Origin: Barthelona sp. PCE | Lineage: Eukaryota | DNA length: 64,000 nt | Reading direction: 5' to 3' | Assembly: GCA_040285745.1 (NCBI GenBank) | Contig: JAUFOR010000008.1 | Coordinates: forward strand, 930,001-994,000 | In this document: piece after piece, positions 21,572 to 32,282 of the stretch | Layout: each line of letters starts with the position of its first letter | Numbering within the stretch: position 1 is the first letter of the stretch | Program-made: the position numbers and the translations under genes | The notes under the pieces: model-generated | Told to the model about the DNA's origin: nothing | The model's database searches: none | Seen by the model: only the letters and a program-made list of their open reading frames with translations

Positions 21572-21673
21572 ATTATTATGAAATGAGGAAAAATTGTGAT
21601 TTCAGATTTTTTACTTCCTTCAAGCGGTGCTGCTCGCTGCAGGGGCGCGGGCCAATTCACATTACAAAACAAT

Positions 21674-22393
21674 TTATTCCTCAATGCCGTATTGGCAGAG
21701 ATCGTCGACCAAACACTTGGGGGTCTTGATTCCGTAGTTACCAGAGATGTCAACGTGCTTGCACGAGTCGTGGGCGGCGAGGGAGCCGCACAGCTTGTAA
21801 TCAACCTTGCTCAAATCGTTGTCGGAGACGTCAACGGTCATAATGTGATCGTTAAGATCAGGGAGAGTGCCGTGGAGGTCGTTGTCGGACATATCGAACA
21901 CCTTGAGCTCGTTAAGGCACTTTACCCAGGGAGTGATGGTGCCGTCAAGATCGAGGCCGGACCAGTCGATTTCAACAACCTTGCCGGACTTGCAGGTAAC
22001 GCCGTAGTAAGGAGGTGTGTTGGCATCGTAGTAGGCACCGGAGTCATCGAGATCACAGACCTTGGGGAGCTTGATGCCCTTGAGGTGCTTGTGGAAGTGG
22101 GGGAAAGAGTGCTTCTTGCAGTACTTGCCCTTGGCGGTGAACCAGAGCTTGAAAAGAACCTGCTCTTCTGTAACCTTTGAACAATCTATCTTGCATGGCT
22201 TGGGCTTGGGCTTGGGCTTGGGGGGATGGCAGGGGCGGCACTTCTTGTAACACTTGCCGTATCTGCAGTGACGGCGACACTTGGGGCGGCAATTGGGCTT
22301 GTGGTGGTACTCGGTTTCTTCTTCGTACTCGTAGTTGGTCGCGACTGCGGCAACAAGCAGCAGTGCGAGGCAGAATATGGCAAATTTACGCAT
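21674..22393 (-). CDS. Secreted Cys-rich LRR protein, cyst-wall-protein-like (copy 2)
   Basis: Translation identical to 1574-2293. Confidence 0.85.
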   Translation of the reverse strand: MRKFAIFCLALLLVAAVATNYEYEEETEYHHKPNCRPKCRRHCRYGKCYKKCRPCHPPKPKPKPKPCKIDCSKVTEEQVLFKLWFTAKGKYCKKHSFPHFHKHLKGIKLPKVCDLDDSGAYYDANTPPYYGVTCKSGKVVEIDWSGLDLDGTITPWVKCLNELKVFDMSDNDLHGTLPDLNDHIMTVDVSDNDLSKVDYKLCGSLAAHDSCKHVDISGNYGIKTPKCLVDDLCQYGIEE

Positions 22394-22913
22394 CTTGTAT
22401 CAGCAAATTGAATGAGGTGAGAAACTTGAATCTGAGCCTCAACCAAGGCATTCATATTCATGGAATTTTTGGGTGGCGTGGGGCGTTTTTCCTTTATACG
22501 TCCGTGGCTTCGGCGCCACAAGCGAGCCCCACGCTGGTTGTGGGAAAATGTGTAAATGCCAATCTGAGCTGAGCTGTAGGTTTCTTCGGTAAGCGGGCGA
22601 CGGTGGCGGTGTGGTGGGCGGGTGCTGCGACCGCTGGGACGCGTGCTAATTCGAAACTGTAAATGAGCCTTTCTGCAGATGTCGCGATGCGGCTCCCTCA
22701 CGGCGCCCACGTGGCCTATGTGTGAGCTCCCATGCACAGGGACCGCGCAAGATGCAGTGCTGCCTCGTATTGGGACGATACGCGTGCGCCCGCTGCCAGC
22801 CGATTCCTGGCCATGTGGCGTGTTGGCGTGGGTGCTCCGGATGGGTGCGGCCGTGGGCGCGGCCGGGAGGCGGCTGACGAGCGTATTCCATTTTCCAGCC
22901 TTTTTCATCGCAT

Positions 22914-23717
22914 ATGTCATCTTCTGGGCAGGGAACGCCTTTCAGCGGCAGAGAACGCGTGTTCGACCCGGGCATGGTGCACAGCGGGCGGTACGCGTCT
23001 CGGTACGAGGGCTTTCTTGCGTTCCGCACTCCCGACGCGATACACATTTTCGAGCGGGTAGATGGCGGCTCATACGCCGCGGTGCACACGCACGCCGCCC
23101 CGCAGGATGCGCTCTTCTGCATAGCCGAAAACGGCACATTCGCCGTCGCTGCCAGCCGCAGCTTGTCAATCGGCACCGTCTCTGCCGCATCGGTCGTGGC
23201 GCGCGATGACCTTGGCGATGGTGAGCTCGAGGCGCTGTGCATCTCCGACGAGGGAGCAGTATCAGTAGTCACCGCCGGCCGCTTCCGGATCGTGCAGCTG
23301 ATGGGACACGGTGCCGAGACAACGGCCGACGTTGCGCTCGAGGACGGGGTGCTATGGGCTGGGTTCAGCAGGGACAGCAAGGATGTGTTCCTCGTGTGCC
23401 GCTCGAATGTATCGCGTGTTCGTGACGGGCTTGTGCTTCGCGGACAGGCGCTACCCTACGGTGTGCGCTCAGAGCACCTGCAGGTTCACGGCGATGCGGA
23501 CTTCAAGAGTCTGGTCATGATCGATCCGGTTGAGGGGTATGCGTTGTGCCTGCGCGGGCGTTTCGAGCTCGGAGGCGAGTTCAGGCGAGTGAGCAGGGAC
23601 TGCCTCAGCGTGTACGTTGCGCGTGACGGCTTCATCCACGAGGTCTCGATCAGGCAACTGAAACCAGTGAACTCTTCGCTCGGCACTGAGGCATGTGGCT
23701 CAGCATGCCGATTGTAA
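22914..23717 (+). CDS. Hypothetical 267-aa protein, possibly a degenerate beta-propeller (copy 2)
   Basis: Translation identical to 250-1053. Confidence 0.6.
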   Translation: MSSSGQGTPFSGRERVFDPGMVHSGRYASRYEGFLAFRTPDAIHIFERVDGGSYAAVHTHAAPQDALFCIAENGTFAVAASRSLSIGTVSAASVVARDDLGDGELEALCISDEGAVSVVTAGRFRIVQLMGHGAETTADVALEDGVLWAGFSRDSKDVFLVCRSNVSRVRDGLVLRGQALPYGVRSEHLQVHGDADFKSLVMIDPVEGYALCLRGRFELGGEFRRVSRDCLSVYVARDGFIHEVSIRQLKPVNSSLGTEACGSACRL

Positions 23718-23787
23718 ACAGACCACACCAGACAGGAGGCATCCAACGGTGAAAGCGAAGCGGTTTTAACTTTACCTCCGTTTCCAA

Positions 23788-24484
23788 ATGCAACCCGCTT
23801 ACAAAGACATTGGGCAGCCCTCACCACTGACAGTCGAAGACGAGATGTTCCTCGGGTTCGTCTCCAAGCTTTACTCCGTCGTTTCCGCTCAGCTCCTCCC
23901 TCACGGCCGTTATCGCCGGTGTCATGATGGCGCTCCGCTCCACCCTCTTCTCCAACATTGAGAGCCTGAGCGGACTCCTCCTCGGATCCATCATCGTCAT
24001 GTTCGTCTCCCTCATCATGCTCTTCTGCTTCAGCCGCGTCCACCCCATGAACGTCATCCTCCTGACGGTGTTCACTGGCGCGACCGGCTTCCTCGTCGGC
24101 TTCTGCTGCATGCTCTACGATACAGAGACTGTCGTCACCGCAGGCATCATCACGATGTTCCTCTTCTACACGCTCACTGTCTACACATACCGCAGCGCCA
24201 CATACAGCGTCATGAGCCAGTGCTTAACCCTCCTGCTCGCCGCACTCGTCGGCTACATTGCCCTCATCTTCATCCCTCTGTCCTTCGACATGTTCTACAA
24301 GCTGTACTGCATCCTGGGCGCGCTCGTGTTCTCGATCTACATCGTTGTCGACACGTACTTCATCCTCACGCTGGGCAGACTATGCCCCAGCAGCCAGGAG
24401 GACGTGTACACATTTGCTGCCATCATCTATCTGGACATCATCAACCTCTTCCTCAAGATTCTCGCCCTCCTTGGCAAGAAGTAA
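23788..24484 (+). pseudogene. TMBIM/Bax inhibitor-1 family gene with a +1 frameshift (real, or consensus error)
   Basis: ATG at 23788; extra C at 23898-23900 relative to the left copy. The downstream frame has HPMNVILLTVFT, GALVFSIYIVVDT and AAIIYLDIINLFLKIL motifs. Confidence 0.75.
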
Positions 24485-24562
24485 TCCTTACCGTGTAAAT
24501 ATAATAGTCTTGTTTCTGCTTTTCTCACTCTTTCGCGTTTCTTGCACGCAGGGCAGCGTTCT

Positions 24563-24886
24563 ATGACTGATATCAAGCTTGTGCATCTCCCCTTTGGGCT
24601 TGCAAACGAGGGCGAGGTCGAGGTTGCCGATTATTGCAAGTGCTTCGAAGATAGCGACCAGTTCGCGTTCCACGGGTGCCGCGTCGAGAAGCGGCGCACT
24701 GATGTCCCCAACGGCCACGTTATTGGCGTCGTTGAGGTGCGGGGGCGCTACATGCACGTTGATGGTGAGACGACGTCGGGGGCGTTCGCGTCGACAGACC
24801 TCGACTCGGGGTTTCTCGACGGGCCCGCGGAGCTCGACCGCAACGTCGCCGCCATCACCGACGTGGCCGCTTCTGTTTTTTCGTAA
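24563..24886 (+). CDS. RNASEH2C: RNase H2 subunit C-like protein
   Basis: VHLPFGLANEGEVEVADY...FAFHGCRVE....VPNGHVIGVV follows the H.LP..I...G...V..YF...A.FRGR.L.G....P.G..G pattern; 107 aa. Confidence 0.6.
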   Translation: MTDIKLVHLPFGLANEGEVEVADYCKCFEDSDQFAFHGCRVEKRRTDVPNGHVIGVVEVRGRYMHVDGETTSGAFASTDLDSGFLDGPAELDRNVAAITDVAASVFS

Positions 24887-24950
24887 GAGTTGACATCAAG
24901 AATAATATGTTCTTAAGAAATATACTAATATCTGTTTATTATATTCGGAA

Positions 24951-26816
24951 CTACTTTCGTGTTCTAAAGCTCTCAAATGCAGAGAAAGTGGCAGATACTT
25001 TGCATTGAGCAAGAAAATCAGCTACATTGATAATCTCACTTCTAAAAATATTACCATCAAAAGATAATATGCACATCTGCACTTGAAATTGTTTCAAATG
25101 CGTAAATCTAAGAGCTAATCTTGGTTTAACACATTCCAACTTACCCTCAACAAATGGAATTTCTCTTACACTTTTAATACCTTCTGAAGTTAATTCATAT
25201 ACCATGTCACCATATATTACCAATCCTCTGTCAATAAAGCACGCACTAAATTTTTTTTTTCGCTCAATACAAAAGATAGAAAATGCATTTTTTTTTTTAT
25301 GCACTAAATAACACTGTTGTTCACCAACCAAAAAGCACTGATCGTGGCTATACGGGTTATGAACTAACTCAATAATGGATTCTTGCACAACAAATTCCTC
25401 ATATCCAATCAACAAACCGCTTTCTTGGCAAAAAACCATAGTTGAAAGAATGCATCGATTTCTTACAAACCATACAACATTATCAACCATTTTCATGCTG
25501 TGTATAAAACCTACAGGAATCACCTCATATTTAGTTAAAAAGAAACTCTCTTTCCTTGGCTTAACTGTACAATATGCAATGAAAAATTGATTATCAAACA
25601 ATACACAATATTTTAAAACACAATCAGGCTTTTCAAAACTAGCTAACTCAGTTTCATTAATGTGTAAGCGTAATATACAATCTTCCTCAATCACATACCC
25701 ATTTATCCAGTGTTCTGTATCCGACTCATAAAACTTATGAATACTGTGCAATACGTGATCTTTAAAACCAGTCTTTGATGGACACAACAAAATGACAGAA
25801 TTGTCCAACCAATCAAATATGATTGGTAATTCCTTATAAGACCTGTAATCTCTGACAAATGAAGATACAACAGAGCTATCTAAGTAAAACCAACAATTTA
25901 ACTCCCGTTTGTACATTTGAAAAAAATTCGTTCTTCCAGTTGTATGATCATATTCAGTACAATATATATTTCCATCAATTAATACAAAATCCTTTTGAAA
26001 ACAATAAACATTCATTAAACGTTTGTATTCACTTGGGAGTGGTATAATAACATTGGAAATCCTAGAAAATTCTTCAAAAAATTTCCATTCTGGTGAAATA
26101 TCTGTAAAATATTTCGTCACCAACATTCCACCCTCTATTGCACAAGTAAATATTTCATTTTCGTGTGTGATTATGAAGCGATTATCATTGGGAGTTCGAT
26201 CAATTGCAAAAATTTTGATTCCCCTTAATGGATGATTATCAACAAGATAAGGTACTCCTAAATCAGTGAATTCAAACATTTTTATATGCTTTGTACCATT
26301 AATATAAGTGATAATCATGTAAGTAATATCATTCTGTGTTAAGTATTGAAATTTCTGCACTCTTACGAAACGTTCATAGTGAACCCTGCTATTTTGCTCT
26401 AAATCTATTATGTCTAATGCTTTTCTACTGTGATTCCCTGTTCTTTCACTTAAAAATATCTTACGATCTAACATACATCCTTCACCATTGGGAAATTCAA
26501 AAAATTTAATGAAAACAAACTCTCCATCAATGAATTCATATAATTCTATTCTTTGTAAATAACCCTCATCATCTTGTGTACGAATTTTACGATAAAAAAC
26601 TGTTGGTTCCATTACTGTAGGTTTTAACATTGAATACCTTTGATTTTCTGCTTGAATTATATTAACAGGTGGCCCATGTATACAACCAACTTTCTTTTTA
26701 TCAAACAAATGAATTATTTGAGTGTTTAACACGTTATTTGGGCTAGCTACCACAATAATATCTTTGAATGAAGTGAATGTAAAATTCTGAAAAATCTCAG
26801 GAATTGGCCGTGGCAT
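24951..26816 (-). CDS. Hypothetical protein, about 620 aa, beta-rich
   Basis: Long AT-rich ORF with first ATG at 26816; no family recognised. Confidence 0.65.
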   Translation of the reverse strand: MPRPIPEIFQNFTFTSFKDIIVVASPNNVLNTQIIHLFDKKKVGCIHGPPVNIIQAENQRYSMLKPTVMEPTVFYRKIRTQDDEGYLQRIELYEFIDGEFVFIKFFEFPNGEGCMLDRKIFLSERTGNHSRKALDIIDLEQNSRVHYERFVRVQKFQYLTQNDITYMIITYINGTKHIKMFEFTDLGVPYLVDNHPLRGIKIFAIDRTPNDNRFIITHENEIFTCAIEGGMLVTKYFTDISPEWKFFEEFSRISNVIIPLPSEYKRLMNVYCFQKDFVLIDGNIYCTEYDHTTGRTNFFQMYKRELNCWFYLDSSVVSSFVRDYRSYKELPIIFDWLDNSVILLCPSKTGFKDHVLHSIHKFYESDTEHWINGYVIEEDCILRLHINETELASFEKPDCVLKYCVLFDNQFFIAYCTVKPRKESFFLTKYEVIPVGFIHSMKMVDNVVWFVRNRCILSTMVFCQESGLLIGYEEFVVQESIIELVHNPYSHDQCFLVGEQQCYLVHKKKNAFSIFCIERKKKFSACFIDRGLVIYGDMVYELTSEGIKSVREIPFVEGKLECVKPRLALRFTHLKQFQVQMCILSFDGNIFRSEIINVADFLAQCKVSATFSAFESFRTRK

Positions 26817-27037
26817 ATACAAACATAAAAAGAAGCCCAAGCTCTATGTGGACAACACGATCGAAAAGGGTAGAATAATTCAAACATATGATTTTTCACA
26901 AATAAGAGGCTGCTTAGTTCTGTAATCGAGTCGCGAGCTTAGTACCGAATTTTAAAACCTTGTTTAGTGCTAAACTTTCGTTTTTATGTTTAATTTCCAT
27001 TCCATTTATTATAGATTCTGTTCAACAAGGCTTTGCA

Positions 27038-30000
27038 ATGTTGAGAAGGAATGAAATTATTGCTCAAACGGATGAGTTTATTTCTCAAAGGAAAAATCTT
27101 GAAGAAATTTTTTGGGATAAAAAGGATAAAGGCAGAATTTATGGCTCAGCCTATTTATATGAGCTTATGGAGGAGGTGTGTGTTAAAATTGAAGAACTGA
27201 AGAGCAAACTTGAGTCAGTTGAAAATATTAGGACTACTGCTTTGTCTTTTTTCAGAGGTCCTAACTTTAAAGAGCAAGATGATCTGAAATTCATAATGCC
27301 TCACGGAGCAATGTACCCTTTTGATTCTGAACTTACCTCCTCAAAAATGCAAAGGGGTTTAGTTTGGTTAGATTCATCTGATTTAAGCAGAATCGAAGAT
27401 GACCTGGCATTTTTGGAGGACGTACTAAAATGTGGAGCTATAAGTACTTCTGATTTTAAGGACGGCGTTATGCAAAATATTGTTGATTTGAAAATTTTTC
27501 ATTTATATGACAGGTGTTGTGGTTGTGGGCAATACATAAACGAGCAACTTATAACAAAATGGAACAAATTTGTTAAAGACTACCAATTCTATGGAAATGT
27601 AGAAACTATCAGTGAATGGCTGGAACCGTTTGGATCTGCCAACAGTATAAAGATATCTAACCATTTCAACATGTTTGATGGACAGTATCTATTTTGTAGA
27701 AAGAAGTGGGAGAATAATTCATATTCACCTATTCATCAAAAAACGTTTGTTCTTCATGATGTTTCATCTAATGTACCACATATTAGCTTGAAGGATTTAG
27801 AATTAACCGAAGAATATGATCAAGACTCAAAACTAAAAAAGCTTTTAATAGTGGGTTTTTGGATTTATACTCAAGGAAAGAAATATGCTGTGCTACCCAA
27901 ACAAATACGTAGGTATATTGAGACAACAGATATCCATATAGAATATCCTTCTAAGGACTACAATAACTCGATACACAAAATCACTACTATGTTAGAAGTT
28001 GAAAAAAAAAAAGTAGAATATAGATGTTATTACTCTGATGATTACAATGATATCTTGAGCATTGTTGAACAAGCTCGATTTCTTTATTGCGAAAAGTTAT
28101 GCAATACTATTATTGAAGACCGTCTTCCAATACAAATAATGGTGGATATATGGTCACATTTCAGTGTTAAAAGATCAATTCTAGCGATTATGATGAAAGT
28201 ACCACCGAAAACGAGCGATTTTTATGTTGAACATCCATTATTTAAAGATGCCTTATTTATAACCCATACTAAACACTTTCCAGCTCATCAGAGGTGCATT
28301 TTATCCGCAATTCGTGACAATTACATTCTATTAGACATTCATTTCGATTTGGAAGGTGGGAAATTTGAAGACATATTTTTTGCTTTACTTTCAACTTTCT
28401 ACCGCTTCAAATTATTCCTTGCAGAAAAGCTTTTTTTCATTGCTGACAGTGTAGGGCCCCATCGGAAAGCAATTAGATTACTTAAATCTGTGTTGAAGGG
28501 GGTATGCAGAGGAAAAACAATTTCACTGATCAATAATTTCATTGAAAGAATCGTATTTCGTTATGGGAATAACACAGGTGCTGATCGCTTTAGCACATTG
28601 TTTAACGAACACGATTATATGAACATAATTTCATATCCAGATGTTATTTCCGATTCGGCATTAGAAAGGAAACTTCGTATAAGTTACTTGGAGAAGTTTA
28701 AAGTCCGTGTTTATGAGTCCAATTGCATGTTTCACTTGGTCAATAGCTTTGTTCGCTTCATTGTACCCAGTGTTAGAATGGAAACTCGAACGAATTTTTT
28801 TAGGATTGAGGGGGAATCATTTAGTCACATATTTGCACAGATTATCAGTCTTTTTAGATTCAGATCAACTGACTTTGTTTATTGTACTAAACGTAATAAG
28901 TTTCTCTTTTATATTATTGATTTCTTCATACTAACTTATCATAATATTTTAAAACAACAATCTATTCAAGAAGCTGAAGATGTTGGTGTTCAAATGAAAG
29001 AGAAATCGTACGAAGGCATGAGTGACAGTTGCATTAAGAAGGAAAAAAGGAAATGGGAAAAAGGAGCGATGGAAAGAAAACGTTTTAAGTGGTTTGCTGA
29101 TGTTAATAACGAAATTTACAATGATTTCTTGGAAGAAACACTTAATTTCACAATTGGTCACTACGAAGAGTCGGTTTTTAATCAGGCAATGGAGCAGACA
29201 ATAGAAATGGATACAGAGCATGGTTTATTCAAAAAGTACGTGTCGAACAATGGGATTCCTTACAAGTTAGAAGATTTATTTGAACATATTAGAAATCTAT
29301 ACATTGTTTGTAGAGAACAAGTTGGCATTTTAAGGAGATTTTTATTAGTGTGGTCAAATTTGTATGGAAAACTAAGGATTATTTTCAGTTTGTTTTTTTA
29401 CTCTTCCAATTCTGGCCACAAACAGTTTAGAGATGACTTTGAGCAGAAGAATGGAATTTATGCCATCTTTGATCAAATTGAAACCATACTTAAGGATGGT
29501 GGTGGAAGTCTTCATAGAGCATTAGACAAATCTTTCACTTTCGAAGAGATTCAATGGATTATATTTTTCTGTTTTGTTGTAAGGAAGTTCAGAAAATTGT
29601 CTTTAATGATGGAAAAGGATAGTTATTCAACTCAAGCAACAATTGGGCAATTTCACATTTTGATCCATGATATTAGAAATTTTGATGTTGCTTATGATAA
29701 CAACAGTATCTCTACATTGCCTAGTGATATGCTTGATGCTGAATTTGGTTCGGTTAAAAGAGATGGTGATAAAGCTATCGATATCAAAAAAAATTTAAAC
29801 AGAAAGAATTTTTCAGCTTCGAAATTTGATTCGGCAATGCGTTGCTGTATGCGTGGGTTTAAAGAAATGGGAGTGAAAAAGGGTAAAAAAGAAGTGGGTA
29901 CCATTATATGTAATTCCGGTGCAGAGTTAAACCTTCTGCAAGATGTTAAGGATGTGATTATTGCTGCTTTTAGTCTTCATTTAGATAAATGTATCAATAA

Positions 30001-30421
30001 TGAATCTTTTTATAAGCATTTTCGTGGTCCAATTCCTTTTTGGTTTGATCTTTTTGGAAAGAATAGTATGGTAATGTGTTTAACAGAAGATCAGGTTAAA
30101 TACTTACATACACCTGCCATAAAAGGTCCAATTGAGCGTGTTTTCTCACATTTTTCTTACCTAAGGATCGGTAAAGTCAATCTGAAAGACATTGCAAAAA
30201 TGAAAATGAAGTTACACAAATCACTGCATCATATTGTATTTGAAGATTCAGTGAATATTGCAGAACATTACCAACACGTTGACAGTGTCAGATTCAGAAA
30301 TTTGGAGGAGGATTCCAGAAAACGCACATCAAGTGCAAGGGATATGCCTATGTCATTACTTTTTGATGAAGATGAAGATGAAGATTGTTATGAAGATGAA
30401 GATGAAGATTATTATGAATAG
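27038..30421 (+). mobile_element. hAT-superfamily-like DDE transposase, about 1127 aa
   Basis: Motifs in hAT order: IMVDIWS...SILAI (D, nt 28145), FIADSVGPHRKAIRLL (D, nt 28445), CMFHLVN (CxxH, nt 28724), VWSNLY (RW-like, nt 29351), EEIQWI...VVRKF...EKDSYST, and YLHTPAIKGPIERVFS (E plus dimerisation motif, nt 30134). Confidence 0.8.
30364..30418 (+). repeat. GATGAA-based tandem repeat encoding the acidic tail DEDEDEDCYEDEDEDYYE
   Basis: Directly visible GATGAA units with a 24-nt higher-order duplication. Confidence 0.85.
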
Positions 30422-30499
30422 GAAAATGTCTCATGAGAACAAATTTTTTGATTGAAAAATCTTTTTGAAAAAATTTTTTCAACTTTTTCATTCCTTTTC

Positions 30500-32282
30500 A
30501 TGAGCAAGGATATCCTTGACACACGTAAACCCACGAATAACACAAAATAATGTTCCAAAATGTTCATTTGGAGACAGTGAATTTTGGCTGTCCCAATGTG
30601 ACGATCGCACTTGGAAATTAACATCATTCTCGAAGAAGTCCGGACTATCTACCCATACCCAACTCGACCCTGAGATCTCTTCTTTGATCAGCGATGCTTT
30701 GCCTTTTGGGAAAGCCTTTATGGCGTGCTGCAGCATGTACGGTGCACTTGGAGTTGTCAGCAGCAACAGCGGGGATGGCGTGTGCGAGACACATTATCGT
30801 ACATTCAAGCACGATGATGATGACATTCAGATACTGAATCAAGTCGTTGTTCCAGAGGTGCACACACATATCAGTGTTTTTGACAGAGCTATGGGTGCCA
30901 TTACGACCAATCAGAGCGTTTTGACGACATACATTATCCTTAAAAATGGCTCACTTATAGACAAAACCAAACACAACCTCCCATTTCCAATTACAAATTT
31001 TGTCATGTGTCCACACAACTGGGTGATCGCAACCAAACAGATGCACTTGAACGATTCTGCTGTAGGGTTGTTCAATCTTGACTCGGAAGAGCAGTCTCTT
31101 TTGCCGTGCCTTGTGACATCCCTTGACATATCCATAACTGTCAACAACATCTTCACATTTGAAGCGTGTAATGTCATGAATCGCAGGGAAAGTGTATTCA
31201 TTTCTCTTTCATTTCCAAGTGCTCAACTCTACACAATGAGCACTTCAAATATTGATATTGATAATACAATTCAAAATTCCATGAATATGACTGCCAAACC
31301 TGGTATAACTGCTCCTGCAAATACTGAATGTTGCCAAACACTTCCTGTGATTGACATATCAGCTCCAACTGCCCCATTACTCAATTCAGTCGATGTTCCT
31401 GTGTATGTTGATCATGAACCGCATGCAATATCAACGCAAATCGCTCTCAAAAATGAAGTACCAGTGAGTGAAAGTGAGAACGAAATTGAAGTTGAGCAGC
31501 ATATAGGATGTGATTGTGACAATTATTGTGAACTTTACTATCATTTGTTTGTCGAATCCGAGATGTTATGTTTCATATATAGTGAATTGGAAGAGAAGTA
31601 TTGTGCAGAATTGTGTTACAACAGTGAATTTGAGTATAAAATAAGTGGTAATGATGAATGTGCTGTTATATGCGAGTATAGTGGCACATCAGGCATGTTT
31701 TATTTATATAATTTCAAAGATACCGTTTTTTCATATGTTCACTGTTTTGAGTTTGATGTTTCTGATGTTTTTTCTTCTATTGACGAATTTATTATTAATG
31801 CTCATGGAAAGTTTATCCTGCTGTGCGTACCGTCTGATTCTTTATCCGTTACCTATGTGTATAACGCAAGTGGTAATCTAATGTACACTGAAAGAGAAAG
31901 AGCAAGAATTAATAATTTGTACGTGAACAATGAAGTTCTTGTGGTTGAATTCATAGGTTGTGACATTGTTCATGCAGTAATCACCGATGATGGATTTAGA
32001 GAAAGAAAGCAAATCAGTATAGATTTAGATTACCATACCATACGCCCTTTTCGAAATTGGGTCGCTTTTGATTATGGACCACATGTTTACGAAATTGAAT
32101 CAGGAAGAACGTATAGAACTACTCAATATGGTAGTATAAGTATTATGAATAACTATTTCAATGAAAGAGATATGGAACGAAGTATAGTAAGAGGTGGTGG
32201 TCATAATATAACAGCTTGCCTTATTAGCTTTTTTGTTTTATTCCTTTTGCTCTTTCTTTTTTCTTTTGATATGTTTTCGTAA
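30500..32282 (+). CDS. Hypothetical, probably chimeric or degenerate ORF (upstream fragment fused to a gene starting at 31236)
   Basis: Open frame 30516-32282. An ATG at 30500 is one base out of frame, and an internal pyrimidine-rich leader precedes ATG 31236 (MSTSNIDIDNT). Confidence 0.5.

Larger units (their letters stand above)
21604..23967. repeat. Right arm of long inverted duplication
   Basis: Reverse complement of 1-2363. GC-rich composition continues to about 24886, so the true repeat is probably longer than the window shows. Confidence 0.97.

Noticed and set aside
21595-21620. CAGATTTTTTACTTC at 21603 as a left TIR pairing with CAGAGTT (33128), AGATTGTAAATTTACTTC (33145) or CAGATGTG (33177)
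   Set aside because: Matches are short or gapped, none gives an 8-bp target-site duplication, and the left copy has A rather than C at the first position.
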